A stretch of DNA of 64,000 bases from the human T2T-CHM13v2.0 reference genome, Homo sapiens: the NCBI RefSeq assembly GCF_009914755.1, contig NC_060928.1, one strand, 5' to 3'. The notes under the pieces are model-generated. The model saw only the letters and a list, made by a program, of their open reading frames with translations. It did no database searches and was not told the origin of the DNA. The translations under genes were made by a program, and so were the position numbers. Position 1 is the first letter of the stretch; every line of letters begins with the position of its first letter. Shown here piece after piece: positions 15,311-27,351 of the stretch.

Positions 15311-15478
15311 TTAGTAGACTCTGGGGACTTCAAAAGTGTGGAGGGAGGAAGAGGGCAAGGGTTGCAAAACTTCCTTTGGGTACTATGTTCACTATTTGGG
15401 TGATGGGTTCAATGTCAGAAACCTGCATGTGTAGCCCCTGAATCTAAAATTTTAAAAGAAAAATAAATCAATTTAAAA
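15311..15478 (+). mobile_element. L1 3'-end fragment (old L1PA/L1PB type, internally deleted)
   Basis: ctggggact...gggtactatgttcactatttgggtgatggg...aacctgcatgtgtagcccctgaatctaaaat plus A-rich tail; imperfect TSD ctaaaagatgttt / ctaaaaatgttt. Confidence 0.8.
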
Positions 15479-16303
15479 CTAAAAATGTTTTTTTTATTTA
15501 AAATAGTAAAACACTGTACAGAAAACTTGAAAACCATGCCACTTAGTAATATGGAGTTGAAAATTAAGGCAGAAGATAAGAGGAGGAATGAAAAAATGAA
15601 AACAAAGCAAAATACCTATTAAGTAATACAGAGGATGGAAAGGAAAGGGTATATTCTGTAAGTCCTGCAGTTTCTTTTCCTTACCTCAGATACTGAAGCT
15701 TCTAACAGAAAATCCAGAAGACTCTGGGAAGTAGGTGAGGTTTGACTTCAATTCCTCTTCTTGCTGAATTCCCAATCTTTCCGTGCCTCTCACACCACAC
15801 TCAGTAATTGCCTGTTGCTTTTACTTACACAGACACTCCTAATCACTGACTTCAGCTTTTCTCTTCATTGCTTTCTGGGATGGAAAAGAAGGACTAGTTA
15901 GCTAGGGAATTATCCAAAGCATCGTTAATAATTACCTACAAAACAATTCGCTTCTATAGCTACTGAATGAATGAATAAGTTGCTACATAAGAATCAACTA
16001 CAATTCTTTCCTTTGTCTCCTCTTCAAAAGGAAAAAAGAGAAGAGGCATTATCTACTATTTATTAAACTGAACTTAAACAAGAGATGAAACCTAACGCAG
16101 CTTCTCCTCCCTTACAGAATAGGTAAAACAGATATGAATCAGTGAAGCAGAAACCATGTAATAGAAAAAGTGGAATATAATGAATTTGGATTTGATGATG
16201 TTTTACAAGCAGATATCGCAAGTCAAATTTCACAGCAGTAAAAACAACAGAAGTCCACAAAGGATAGATGAAAACATGTCTCTCTCCTGTCTCTCTCCAA
16301 TCT

Positions 16304-16405
16304 CTGTGTGTGTGTGAGAGAGTGTGTGCGCGGGCGTGTGCGTGTGTGTGCGCGTGTGTGTGTGCGCGTGCGTGCGTGTGTGTGCGTGCGTGCGTGTGTG
16401 TGTGT
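16304..16405. repeat. Compound (TG)/(CG) alternating purine-pyrimidine microsatellite
   Basis: ~100 bp of TG/CG/TGCG repeats; alternation is unbroken from ~16334 to ~16405. Confidence 0.95.
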
Positions 16406-16466
16406 GGTGTAGGGAGAGGGATAGATTCCTTTTCAAAAAGTGTCCAGAGGGGGAAAAAAAATGCAT

Positions 16467-16486
16467 CATGCCACCTAGTGGCGGAA
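16467..16486 (-). promoter_or_regulatory. CTCF core motif
   Basis: Minus strand reads TCCGCCACTAGGTGGCATG, a close match to the CTCF core CCACYAGRKGGC; binding itself is not shown. Confidence 0.65.
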
Positions 16487-17399
16487 ATTAAGTTGATTCC
16501 TTTTAACTCGACAAAGCGACTTTGCCTTTCTTTAGAAAATCAGATGAATTCATTAACATAGTGGAATCTTGATTTGGCAAACTACACAGTAGTTAAAATG
16601 TAAATACCAGGTCTATGTTTTAATTTTTCATCCACCAATGGCATTAAGAAATATGATGAACTTTAAAGAGCCCTGAAGTCAGAAGCAGGATATCTTTCCT
16701 TCTCTTTCGACCAGGTCACTTAACCACCCTGGAGCTCAGTTTCCTCCATAAAGGGCCAGAATAGATGAACTCTTAGCTCTTCAATTCCATGTTTCAAAGT
16801 ATGCAATAGACCACATAATCAGGGTACTCTTATCTAATGCAGTTCCTTGTGACAAAGTCAGGCCACCATCTTCACTGATTAAACGCCGGATGACACAACA
16901 TGCCTTCTACACTTTCAGCCTCATTCCAGTCACATTTTACAGAGTCCGTGCTTCATTGCAAGCCTTTCTTTATTACTGCTTTGCATTATTGGATGTCTGC
17001 TGCTGAGAGTCCCTAGATTACAATTCTTAACTTCTGTGAACTGCAGTGGTGCATATTTGTGATGTATTTTTCTAACTTACGTGAATGTCCACAAATTCCC
17101 CTTTGAAATCAAGTAAAGTATTCCTCCAAGAGAAAAAGAAATAGTTTGGAATTATGTAGCAATATTTTTCAGACATTGTGAAGTATAATTGCCCCTTTCT
17201 CCCACTCTCACTAATAATATACATCCATAATGATATACATCTGTGAATCAGATTTAGAAAGGGCATTAAAAGCAACAATTAATCTGGGCTATCCAGAATA
17301 CATAATCTCCTACTAACTAATCTGTCCTTGTAACTTAGCGACTAAAGTGTGAACATTTTGTTTTAATTCAAAAAGAAATAAAATTTTCTTAAAATATAA

Positions 17400-17730
<331 letters not shown>

Positions 17731-18379
17731 ATAATATTTTCATTATTCCAAATGTGATGGAAAACCCATAACACTTAGCTGATGCAAATTGTTTAAAAAG
17801 TATCAGATACATAGATGAAAAGTCTTTTTAGTCAGATATTTGACTTTCTCTGCAGCAAAGCCTTGCCCCTCACCCTCAGCCCCAGCCAGCTGAGGGAAGA
17901 GTAATTAGCTCTCCAAAGAGAATAAGTGGTTAATGCAAGAACATGTTTATTTGCTCTAAGAAGACTGTCTTAAGGTTATATTCTCTACCCAGATTGCATC
18001 TTCACTGTTGACAACACAGTGTGTCACAGATGAAATTATGCTTGGGGTAAAATTAGTATTTCCTTCTCCAAACTGGAGATTAGAAAATAAATGGGTCAAG
18101 CATAGGAATGGGATAGTACACACATTAGCATTCTATGAACACACAGAGGGACTGGCAATTAGATTCATGGTAAATATTGCTGACATTCCCCTGATGCAAA
18201 CTCACAAATATAAGAGAGAGAATTTTCTAGAACATGCTTATCAATGTATTTGTTTCTTTGTTCAACTCCCTTCTTAACATTGTCCAGACATCCTTTAAGC
18301 CTCCAACCTCCCCCAAAGACATGCATACAAACATATCCAAACACTTCATTTTTTCACGCAGTACCTTATAACACCTCTA

Positions 18380-18530
18380 TTTAAGCCTTTAAATGATATG
18401 TTTACTTGTCTTTCTATCTCACTAGACTGTTAATTACAGCAGGCAGGGACCTTTTCTTTGTTAAACTTAGGACTTACTACTATGACTAGCATATAGTAGG
18501 CACTTTAACACCCTTGATTGAACTGAATGT
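18380..18530 (+). mobile_element. L2 3' end
   Basis: actagactgtaa...ggcagggacc...tagcatatagtaggcact...gattgaactgaatg. Confidence 0.7.
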
Positions 18531-19899
18531 ACTGTGTTAATTTAAACAGTGCATTATTAATACTGGGACCAGATGAGTCTATCTTCCTCCTATGTCTCAT
18601 TGCTAAGGAGCTGTGGATTCTCAATAGTAGAGTGTCACAAAGGGAGCAGCCTCTACTTCATTTGGAACTATTACAAAACATTGCTTTCCTCATGCTTTTT
18701 TTAGAGTATGGACAACAAAATTCTTTTCATACTGTTATGAAACACTTCTGATAGCTGGGCAACAGCTAGGAAGTCTCTTCAGTGAGGCCAGAGGCAAGAA
18801 TCAGAGGATGTTATTCCCTTCATTTCCAGCGTATTATGTGGCAGGACAAAATTTTAAATTTCCTTCAAACACTTCATTCCTTCCCTTCTTCACCCATAGT
18901 AAGGAAGAACTTTTAGCATAATGACACACTGAAGTTAAACAATTAGACATGGTAAAATTTAGAGAAAGATGTTTGTTTCATTGTCATTGATATTTTTACT
19001 GTTCGAATAGTTCACTCTGGAAAAATCTCCAAAGACAACCTGAGCTTGTTCCTAGGATGAATTTATCTATTCCTATAAATGGAGCCAAGAATAAAAGTCT
19101 CAGAGCCTTTGACCTTAGCATGTTACTAAACAGAAGCCAGGACCTTGGAGCAAGGGATGGAGTAGGCAGATGGGTAGAAAAAAACAGGAGAATGGCCCCT
19201 TGACTTCTGTTTGAAGTGAACTCTCTGAACTAAAAGGTGCTGTGATGGAAAAACACTTGGCAGCACTTTCCAGATTCTATGCATCTTTATAATAAGCAAA
19301 CATTAAGATTATTTTTCAGTAAAATCATCTTTCTGATAATGGTCTATATCCACATATCCTTCCAGATGTTGGAGGAAATAATGAAGTGATTACAGTCACT
19401 GGATTTCTAGACAAAGCTGAATGAACAGCAATCTTGGGGGGTGGTGTTTATTAAGGCATCAGCAAGTTTAATATGGAAGGAAGGGAGCCATTTCACACTT
19501 TTCTATCCAACTAGTAGCTAGCTTGTCTGACATTAGGTTGCTTGTGGATGCATTGCTTTGTCAAATATTTTTAGAACTTTAAAGGAAAGAGCACTTGTTG
19601 ATTCCTCAATTGGATTGTCCACAGCTTGAAGACAAGCCGAAGACATGGTGATATTTATTGTTTCCTTCTATCTCCTCTGCAATCTTAACCTTCCACTGTC
19701 ATCCACAGATAGTATTTCTCCCCAAAACAAATTGTACATGTGGATAAACTCTTGAGTTTGTTGTGCACAGAATGATGCTAATACTGGAAGGAGTTTAAAG
19801 AGTGCAGCAGGGTGGTAGAAAATATAACTGTCATGATGAAATGTGGAGGTAATTAAGGCAAGTGTAAAGAATTACAATTTTGTGCCTGATGATTTTTAA

Positions 19900-20110
19900 A
19901 TAATAATAATAGTCACTATTTACCGAGCATTGATCAGGTGCAAATTACCATGCTAGATCATTTTCATATGTCACCTAATTTCATTCTCACAAACACCCTG
20001 TAATATTGAATATTACTAGCCTGGACTGGAGGGACTGACTTGCCCAAGGTCACTCTGTATGTAAGTGGCAGAGCTGGTACTCAAACCTGGATCTGTCAGA
20101 CCCCAAGTTC
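19900..20110 (-). mobile_element. MIR SINE
   Basis: Antisense MIR core tgacttgcccaaggtcac...aagtggcagagctgg...caaacctggatctgtc and tail taataatag...atttaccgagcatt. Confidence 0.8.
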
Positions 20111-20399
20111 CTGATTTCAGCTTCTACAAAGAAAAACATTTTCTGTGCTTCACCAGGAGTGTGTTTTGGTTGTTTGTTTGTTAGTATGTGTATCTATTTA
20201 TGTGAGAGGGATTGTAGTTTTACTCAAGATAACTTAAGAAATGTGACAATAGAGATAGATACGATATTCCAGACAATGTAAAGAATGTCATGGTAAGGTC
20301 CCAACAAAATATTTTTAAATCAAGGGTATATTTCGCCATATTTTTTACTATAGGACCAAGATTCATTTTATCTGGGGATCCAAATATTCATGGCTCTAT

Positions 20400-21200
20400 T
20401 TGTATGTCTCACAAACCTGGAGCTTGATGAGTCCAAAACAAAGCACTAATTTTCTACATCCCATCCATGTCCCCTTCCTCCCCCGCTTATTCTTAATCTT
20501 GGTTGGGGGAACAAAAATGAAGCCTCCAAGACAGAAGCTTGAGAATGTTATTTAACTCCTGACTACGATGGACTCCTCACCAATCTCACTTTTCTGCCTC
20601 CTATTTCTCCATCCCCTTCTTCTCAGCTCCTTTTTAGGAGTTTCCTTCTGCATGCATCTCTTCCTTGCTAGTGTTCCTGCACTCAGCTTTCTTCTCACTT
20701 GTCTCTCTCTTCTCTCCTTATGTAAGTCCACTGATGCTTAATGCTTTGCATACCATCTTAACATGCTAATAAATCCTAAATCTGTGTCTCCATCCTAGAA
20801 TTTTCTCTTTCTCTATCTTCAACAGATACCCAAAAATTAAGATCTCTAAAGCAAAATTTTGTTATTTCCCTCCTCAGAATCTGCACTTCCTCCAATATTT
20901 AAATGGCATTACCATTCATAAAATTGAACAAGCCAGAAACATAGTGGCATATTTATCTCTCCTCTTTACTCTTCCCATCCCTGCCTAAACACCAAACCCT
21001 TCACAAGTCCTGCTTACCCATCTCCTAAACATTTCCTGAGTCTTTCCACTTAATACCATCCCCTTTGCCACAGTTTCCTAGTTCAACGCCCCCATCCCCA
21101 AAATTCTTTCACACATGTTATTGCCCAGCACCTTAGATGGTCCTCTTGCCTCCAGGCTTGAAAGGAATAGATCCTTTCAATCTATTCTCTATTTGGGGTA
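20400..21200 (+). mobile_element. Degenerate L2 LINE fragments
   Basis: Pyrimidine-rich segment with L2-like motifs (atggcattaccattcat...aagccagaaac; caagtcctg...tctcctaaacattt; gatggtcctcttgcctccagg). Confidence 0.55.
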
Positions 21201-21677
21201 GAGTTGCTGGAGCATGCAGAGAGTATACTAAGGAAGAGAACAGGCAGGTAACTGACTCTACTATCTCATTCTAATACACTATATCTTACAGTTAGAAGAA
21301 ACATTAAAAGCCATTTAAGCCAACCATTGCATTTTAGATAATGAAATCAAGGCCGATGATATGCATAACATCTCTTTTCTAAGTCAGTACTACTCCTTTA
21401 CAATTTACGCTCTTACATTCTGTTGAGTTTCACATGTTCCAGTCAAATGAATCATGCCCTTTTCTGACCAGATATTAAAATGAATCCTTCATAGTCAGAA
21501 ACGTTTTGAAGGTAAATAAACTGAGTAGAAAACTGGGAGCATAAGCCCCTCTGACAATAGATCAGAGGGTACTTACTTCTCCCACTGTATTTTTTCACAT
21601 ACAGTCAATTCCGAAGCCAGTGGACGTAGTTGATTGCACTTAGAGGGATCCTCACTTTTTTGCCTTGTGCATTTTGC

Positions 21678-21862
21678 TGTGTTACATGTGACTATATGAA
21701 TATAAATTTAAATTAATGAAATGAAATGAAAAATTTAGTTCCTCATTCACTCAAGCCATATTTCAAGTGCTTAGTAGCCACATGTGGCTCATGGCTACTG
21801 TACTGGGCAGCAAAGATGAAGAACATTTTCATCACCGCACACAGCTACATTGGGCAACACTC
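21678..21862 (-). mobile_element. MER3 (hAT-Charlie non-autonomous DNA transposon)
   Basis: tttcaagtgcttagtagccacatgtggctcatggctactgtactgggcagc...gaacattttcatcaccgca matches antisense MER3. Confidence 0.85.
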
Positions 21863-22586
21863 ATCTAGTGCTCTGTAAAACTGACCACAATACCTCCTGG
21901 CCTAGATTCAGGTAGGAAAAAAAACAGCCTTGAATGGAGTAATTAAGAGAAGGAATAGAAACTTTGGAAACCTTAGCCATACAATACCCTTTTTAAGAAA
22001 TGCTACTCCTCCAAATCATGACATCATGAAAAATTGTTTTCTGAATGAAACAAAGTATAAGCATCTATGGTTGGTATGGTTGAAGATAATCAACAATTTT
22101 CATTGAGAGAAAATCAAGATCCCAAACATGAAAAAATAGACACCTTTCCCTTTCAGTGCCTGTTAAGAATCCAATGATCAAAAGTAATTGCTCATTAATT
22201 TTACAATCAGAGGTAGTGAGAAGGGTCAAAAAGTCACCAGGGCCTGATAGAACCGTAAAAATGAGTTTTGCAGAGGCATGCCAAGAAATATTTGAAATCA
22301 CTGAAAAGAATGGAGTTTCACTGAGCTGCCGAGTCCTCCAAATAATGAAAAACAGCACAATAGGCCATCAATTTCAACAGCACCTAAATGAGTCACATAT
22401 TATGGCTGATATATATCAGATGTATTTTTCTTTTATTTTTATATAATGTCATCTTTTAATAAAATGTTTTATTTTAAACTTTCATTTAATTAAATAAATT
22501 CAAGTAAGCTTTATTAAGAAAAAGATGGCATCAAACCATGTATTCATAACTTTTGGGCTAGTAAATAAATATGGTGTCCATATGTG

Positions 22587-22658
22587 AGTTGAACTATGAA
22601 ATTGCCACAATTTAACTATTTTTGCCTTACAAAAACAGCAATTTCATATGATTCAACT
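22587..22658. mobile_element. MADE2 mariner-derived MITE
   Basis: ~72 bp with terminal inverted repeats agttgaactatgaaattgc...gcaatttcatatgattcaact and MADE2-like centre tttttgccttacaaaaa. Confidence 0.8.
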
Positions 22659-24380
22659 ACCTGATTTAGAAAAGCTATTTTTAATCTTTGAATAAATAAA
22701 ATGGAGTGTATGTTAGACCTGAAGAACAAATATCATTTTGCCCCAGTATTTTAAATGGAAAAGAACCTTTAAATTCTCCATTTTAACCTTTAGTCTTTAT
22801 GATTCTCTGAAATGATATAAAAGAATGTTACAAAGGCAGCACTATCTACCCCCTAAATCTGCTATTGCTTGTCAAATTTCAATTAGTGAAGGGAAAAGCA
22901 TGCATTATAGCTGTAATATGTTGCCTTGAAGTTTAATTTTCATAGTTCTGTTTTTCCAGTTTGCAGTACTGATGGTTCACCTTCCTTAGAAAAATAGGTA
23001 TAAGGCAAGTAGCCTCAAGCAGTGTGTAACAAGCTACTTTATATCATGCTCATTTAAAATCCATGCTTCCTCACCACTTTTTAAGTTGATCAGCAAGGAG
23101 ACATCAGGGATGTTGGCTTTGGGTCTGTGGGGGACTGACGTAGATTAGTATATGGAGTCACAGCACCCCTGAGCCCAGTTTGTGACCTGAAATATGGTCG
23201 TGAATTTAAGCTGATCACCAGGAGTTGTAACCTTTTGGATTCATGCCTCACAGAAAGCATTAGCCCTTCACCTGAACTTGCAACTAAGGAAATAACCTTA
23301 TTGGAAGACCCATGGCAATTGGGGCTGTTCTGGTTCCATCAGGAGCCGAGAGATCAGAGAGCCAGCACAGTCCACTCTCACCCCCAGCCTCTACAGTTCC
23401 ATTCCCAAACCTCAGAGAACACGCTGCCCTGCTGGCAGCACCCCTTCCACTTTCCTGTAACCCACACCTCCTGCTGGAGACACTCAGCTGCTGCTGATCT
23501 CTGAGGAGCCCCACAACTGCGGAGGTGATCCTTTCTACCAAGAAAGGTGTCTCAGTGCCTAGGGCCACTGGCCTGCCCCCATCAAAATCTGTACTGTCAG
23601 CCAAGAGGAAATTGAAAAAGCTTTACACCACAGGGCCCTAGCCTCATAACCTAGCATGCCTTTCATGGAACATCAGGTTAAGAAATGAGCATCTCACCTT
23701 CTGAAGATGAGTTTCTACAGGGAGCGGCAGAATGCTGGCAATGTGGGGAGTTGGGAGCCACACCCGGCTCTCATGATTTAGACACACCTCCACTAAGCTG
23801 CCCTTTACCCTCCACTGCCATTGACAATCAGAGTTACGATGGAACTCGGCAGCTAACAGGGAAGGCTTGGAAACTGGGATGGGATTTGAGTGGATTTATG
23901 AACTTTCTGTTACTTAGAAAGTGGGGATCTTGCGTATCTGAATTAGGAGGACTGTTTGGAGTAAATGAATTATACTTTTAGAGTGCAAGGTGAGGCTCCA
24001 GTTACACAGGCCTTTGTGCTTAATTTGGTTTCACGTTCTACTTCTTATAGATTTATCAAACAATGATTATCTAAAATGAATATCTAGACTAGCAGCTTTG
24101 GTCAAAAGAAGGGATTCGTATAGAACATCTGACATGATTGTAGACATAGAAGCTCACCATTTTTTTTTAGGAAAAATTGAACATCAGATCTTGTAGGAAA
24201 TTTTCTTAACAAAGCTTAGAACTGTCAAATGTAACAATATCCAAAAGTATTTTAAATTGGTTATTTTATCTGCCCGAACTATTTAATTTTAATCAAAATC
24301 TTAACAAAGTTTTGAAGCTGAAATAATGATCACAAATTGTTTGGGATCATGTGTGGATCATGGGGAACATACTGTTTCTT

Positions 24381-24689
24381 GTTTCTTCTTTTATTTTTTT
24401 TTTTTTTTGGAGATGGAGTCTCACTCTGTCGCCCAGGCTGGAGAGCAGTGGTGCCATCTCGGCTCACCACAAACTCCGCCTCCTGGGTTCAAGTGATTTT
24501 CCTGCCTCAGCCCCTGGAGTATCTGGAACTACAGGCGTGTGCCGTCACGCCCAGCTAATTTTTATATTTTTAGTAGAGATGGGGTTTCACCATGCTGGCC
24601 AGGCTGGTTTCGAACTCCTGACCTCGTGATCCGCCTGCCTCGGCCTCCCAAAGCGCTGGGATTACAGCCGTGAGCCACTGCGCCCAGCC
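24381..24689 (-). mobile_element. AluS (Sg-like)
   Basis: Full antisense dimer with poly-T; gacctcgtgatcc; TSD actgtttctt at 24371 and 24691. Confidence 0.95.
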
Positions 24690-24789
24690 CACTGTTTCTT
24701 CTTTAACCAAGTTCTATGGTAGTCATATACAATGCTTTGTATTTTACATTCACACCATCTGTATTAAAGGAAAATATTCAGATAATAAG

Positions 24790-25365
24790 CATTAATTAAG
24801 AAAAACTGCTTCCAATGGCCAAAATTGGGACAACATGGGCATCAAAAAAGTAAATGAAATCAATTAATACACATTGAATACATATACATTTTAAAAGTTT
24901 ATGTTTCTGTAATACTGCAAATAAATGAAAAACCAAACAACTCAAAACAACCTGTAGGCAGCATAGGAAATAACTAGAGCACCAAATCTTCATTGTTAAA
25001 ATATGAAAATCAAGATTTAAGCTGACTTAAATGTATAAATTACCTTTGCACCGTTCTTGTATGAATTGTATTTCCAGCCATTTTTCAGACAGGTAAATTT
25101 GATTATGGACTGCATATTAAAAGATATGATATTACTCTTCTTTTTATTTGGTTAGATTGTGCTTATACCCATATGCATTAGTATGGAGGGGTAAAGTGAT
25201 ATAATTACTGAGTTCTTTTTAAACGTCAACTAAAAAAAATAGATAAAACAAATGTAGCAAAATCTTAACTGCATAATCTGGAAAAGGTATTAAATGTGAT
25301 TCATTGTTCTACTCTCTCTACTTTTGTCTTCAGTTGAAAATATTTCAAAACAAAAATTTTGTAAA
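24790..25365 (+). mobile_element. Old L1 (L1MC/MD/ME) 3' UTR fragments
   Basis: caatggccaaaattgggacaac...; tatggactgcatatta...; caaatgtagcaaaatcttaac...ttcattgttctactctctctacttttgt...gttgaaaatatttc. Confidence 0.65.
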
Positions 25366-26395
25366 AGAAACATTTGCTTTTTAAAGTTTCAGTTAACACC
25401 AGTGTATTTGGGTCTAAAATATACCGTGCCAGGTAGATACCACTTCCTAAATGCTCTCAAATCTGCCCACTTCTCTCCATTCCCACTAATGTCCTTGGAC
25501 TTTTATCTCTTGCTTCAGCAAATGAAATACCCTCCTTTTAATTGTCCTTCCTTACTCAAAGCCCATCATCCATGTGGTGTGCCTTTGGCCCTAGCCAGGC
25601 ACCAACCAAAGGTGCTGAAGCAGCAATCGGGAAACAGTCCTATAAGACAGGTCACACAATTAAGAGAGGAAAGACCAGATAAATGAGAAAATATGCAGAA
25701 TTCAAGAGGTTCTAATGATGTAGGGCTTTTGGGGTTCACTAGATGCCAAGTCTAGGGGAGTATGGGCCATTTTCATGTATCATGGCCTCTTTTCTGATGT
25801 ATACTCTTCTCATTCACCAAATATTAGGTGCTCATAGGAGTCTACCATCAACCTCTGGTTCTCATCATGGGTTTTGAGGGATGTGAGCGAGATCTTCATT
25901 CTGTGCAGCTGGAGAGTATAGTGTCTCTGCAAGGATGGATCAACCACAGCCATCCCATCATGGGCTAGCAGTGCCATGAGCCACCACCTCGAATGGCCAT
26001 TTGAATGGTTTGTCCTTGCTTTCATGTGATTCTCAGTCTAGGAATATTTTCTTAATTAATAAGTGTATTTTTCTAATTTTCCTTCAAATAAAATATAAGG
26101 TTTCAAAAAGTGTGAATTTGGGGGCAATTTCTGAAGCAGAGAGTAGGATAATGTTTAGAAGTTAAGGTGGCATGGAAAGTTGCTTTCTTCCAGGTAGGGG
26201 GAATAAAATGCACACAGGTGGGACAGCATGAGGTCCAAGAGAACTGCATATAGTTCTGTGGGTCTAACAGGTGGTTATATTGATTATCTCACATAAGCCC
26301 TTATGGGCACTAAGCTCGTTCAAGGGATACAAAGATGAAGAAATTACGTTATTCATACACTAATGAGCCAGAAACATATTGAAAATGTACCATGT

Positions 26396-26684
26396 GGCCG
26401 GGTGTGGTGGCTCAAGTCTGTAATCCCAGCACTTTGGGATGCTGAGGCAGGCAGATCACGAGGTCAGGAGTTCAAGACTAGCCTGACCAACATGGTGAAA
26501 CCCCATCTCTACTAAAAATACAAAAATTAGCCAGGCATGGTGGTGCGCGCCTGTAATCCCAGCTACTCAGGAGGCTGAGGCAGGAGAATCACTTGAACCC
26601 AGGAGGTGGAAGTTGCAGTGAGCTGAGATGGCGCCACTGCCCTCCAGCCTGGGAGACAGAGTGAGACTCCATCTCAAAAGAAAA
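26396..26684 (+). mobile_element. AluS (Sg-like)
   Basis: Full dimer from ggccgggtgtggtggctc; perfect TSD GAAAATGTACCATGT at 26381-26395 and 26685-26699. Confidence 0.96.
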
Positions 26685-27062
26685 GAAAATGTACCATGTG
26701 CCAGACACTGCAATAGATGCTGAATAAGACATGGTTCTACTTCTCTGACTTACTATTGGGAAATTTTGGTGCTTTGTTCATTAGGCTGCTGCTTGGGGAA
26801 CAGGAGGTCCATGCTCAGGTTTATGACCTCATATCAGTGTTGACAAGAAGTTAACTTTCGTAATTTTTTTCAACATCTTTTTTGGTGCTTAAAAAATTGA
26901 ATATAAGAGCTGTTCCAAAAATAATTACTGGATTAGAAAAGTTAAAAAGCATATGTGTGATGGAAGATTATGTTTTTAATATATATGAACTTTGTATGAG
27001 AGAAAACTAGTACATATTAGAAAATGAGATAATATGGTAGTTTAACAAGAAAAGACTGGCTA

Positions 27063-27351
27063 GGGCGCGGTGGCTCACGCCTGTAATCTCAGGACTTTGG
27101 GAGGCTGACGTGGGCGGATCACCGGAAGTCAGGAGTTCAAGACCAGCCTGACTACTTGGTGAAACCCTGTCTCTACTGAAAATACAAAAAAAAAATAGCC
27201 AGGCATGGTGTTGCGTGCCTGTAATTCCAGCTGCTCAGGAGGCTGAGGCAGGAGAATACTTAACCCAGGAGGCGGAAGCTGCAGAGAGCCGAGATTGCAC
27301 CATTGCCCTCCAGCCTGGGCAAAAAGAGTGAAACTCTGTCTCAAAAAAAAA
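27063..27351 (+). mobile_element. AluS (Sq/Sp-like)
   Basis: Full dimer; diagnostics ccattgc and gagtgaaactc; imperfect TSD aaagactggcta / aaggactggcta. Confidence 0.95.

Noticed and set aside
15680-15705. Possible ~17-nt minus-strand micro-exon (ttttctgttag|...GAG|GTAAGG)
   Set aside because: Not frame-preserving and has no supporting gene context; isolated splice-like signals are common.
16230-16561. His/Thr- and Cys/Val-rich ORFs
   Set aside because: Translations of the TG/CG microsatellite.
23100-23980. GC-richer block with several overlapping ORFs
   Set aside because: CpG-poor and probably an old LTR-type repeat that I could not name; no coding evidence.
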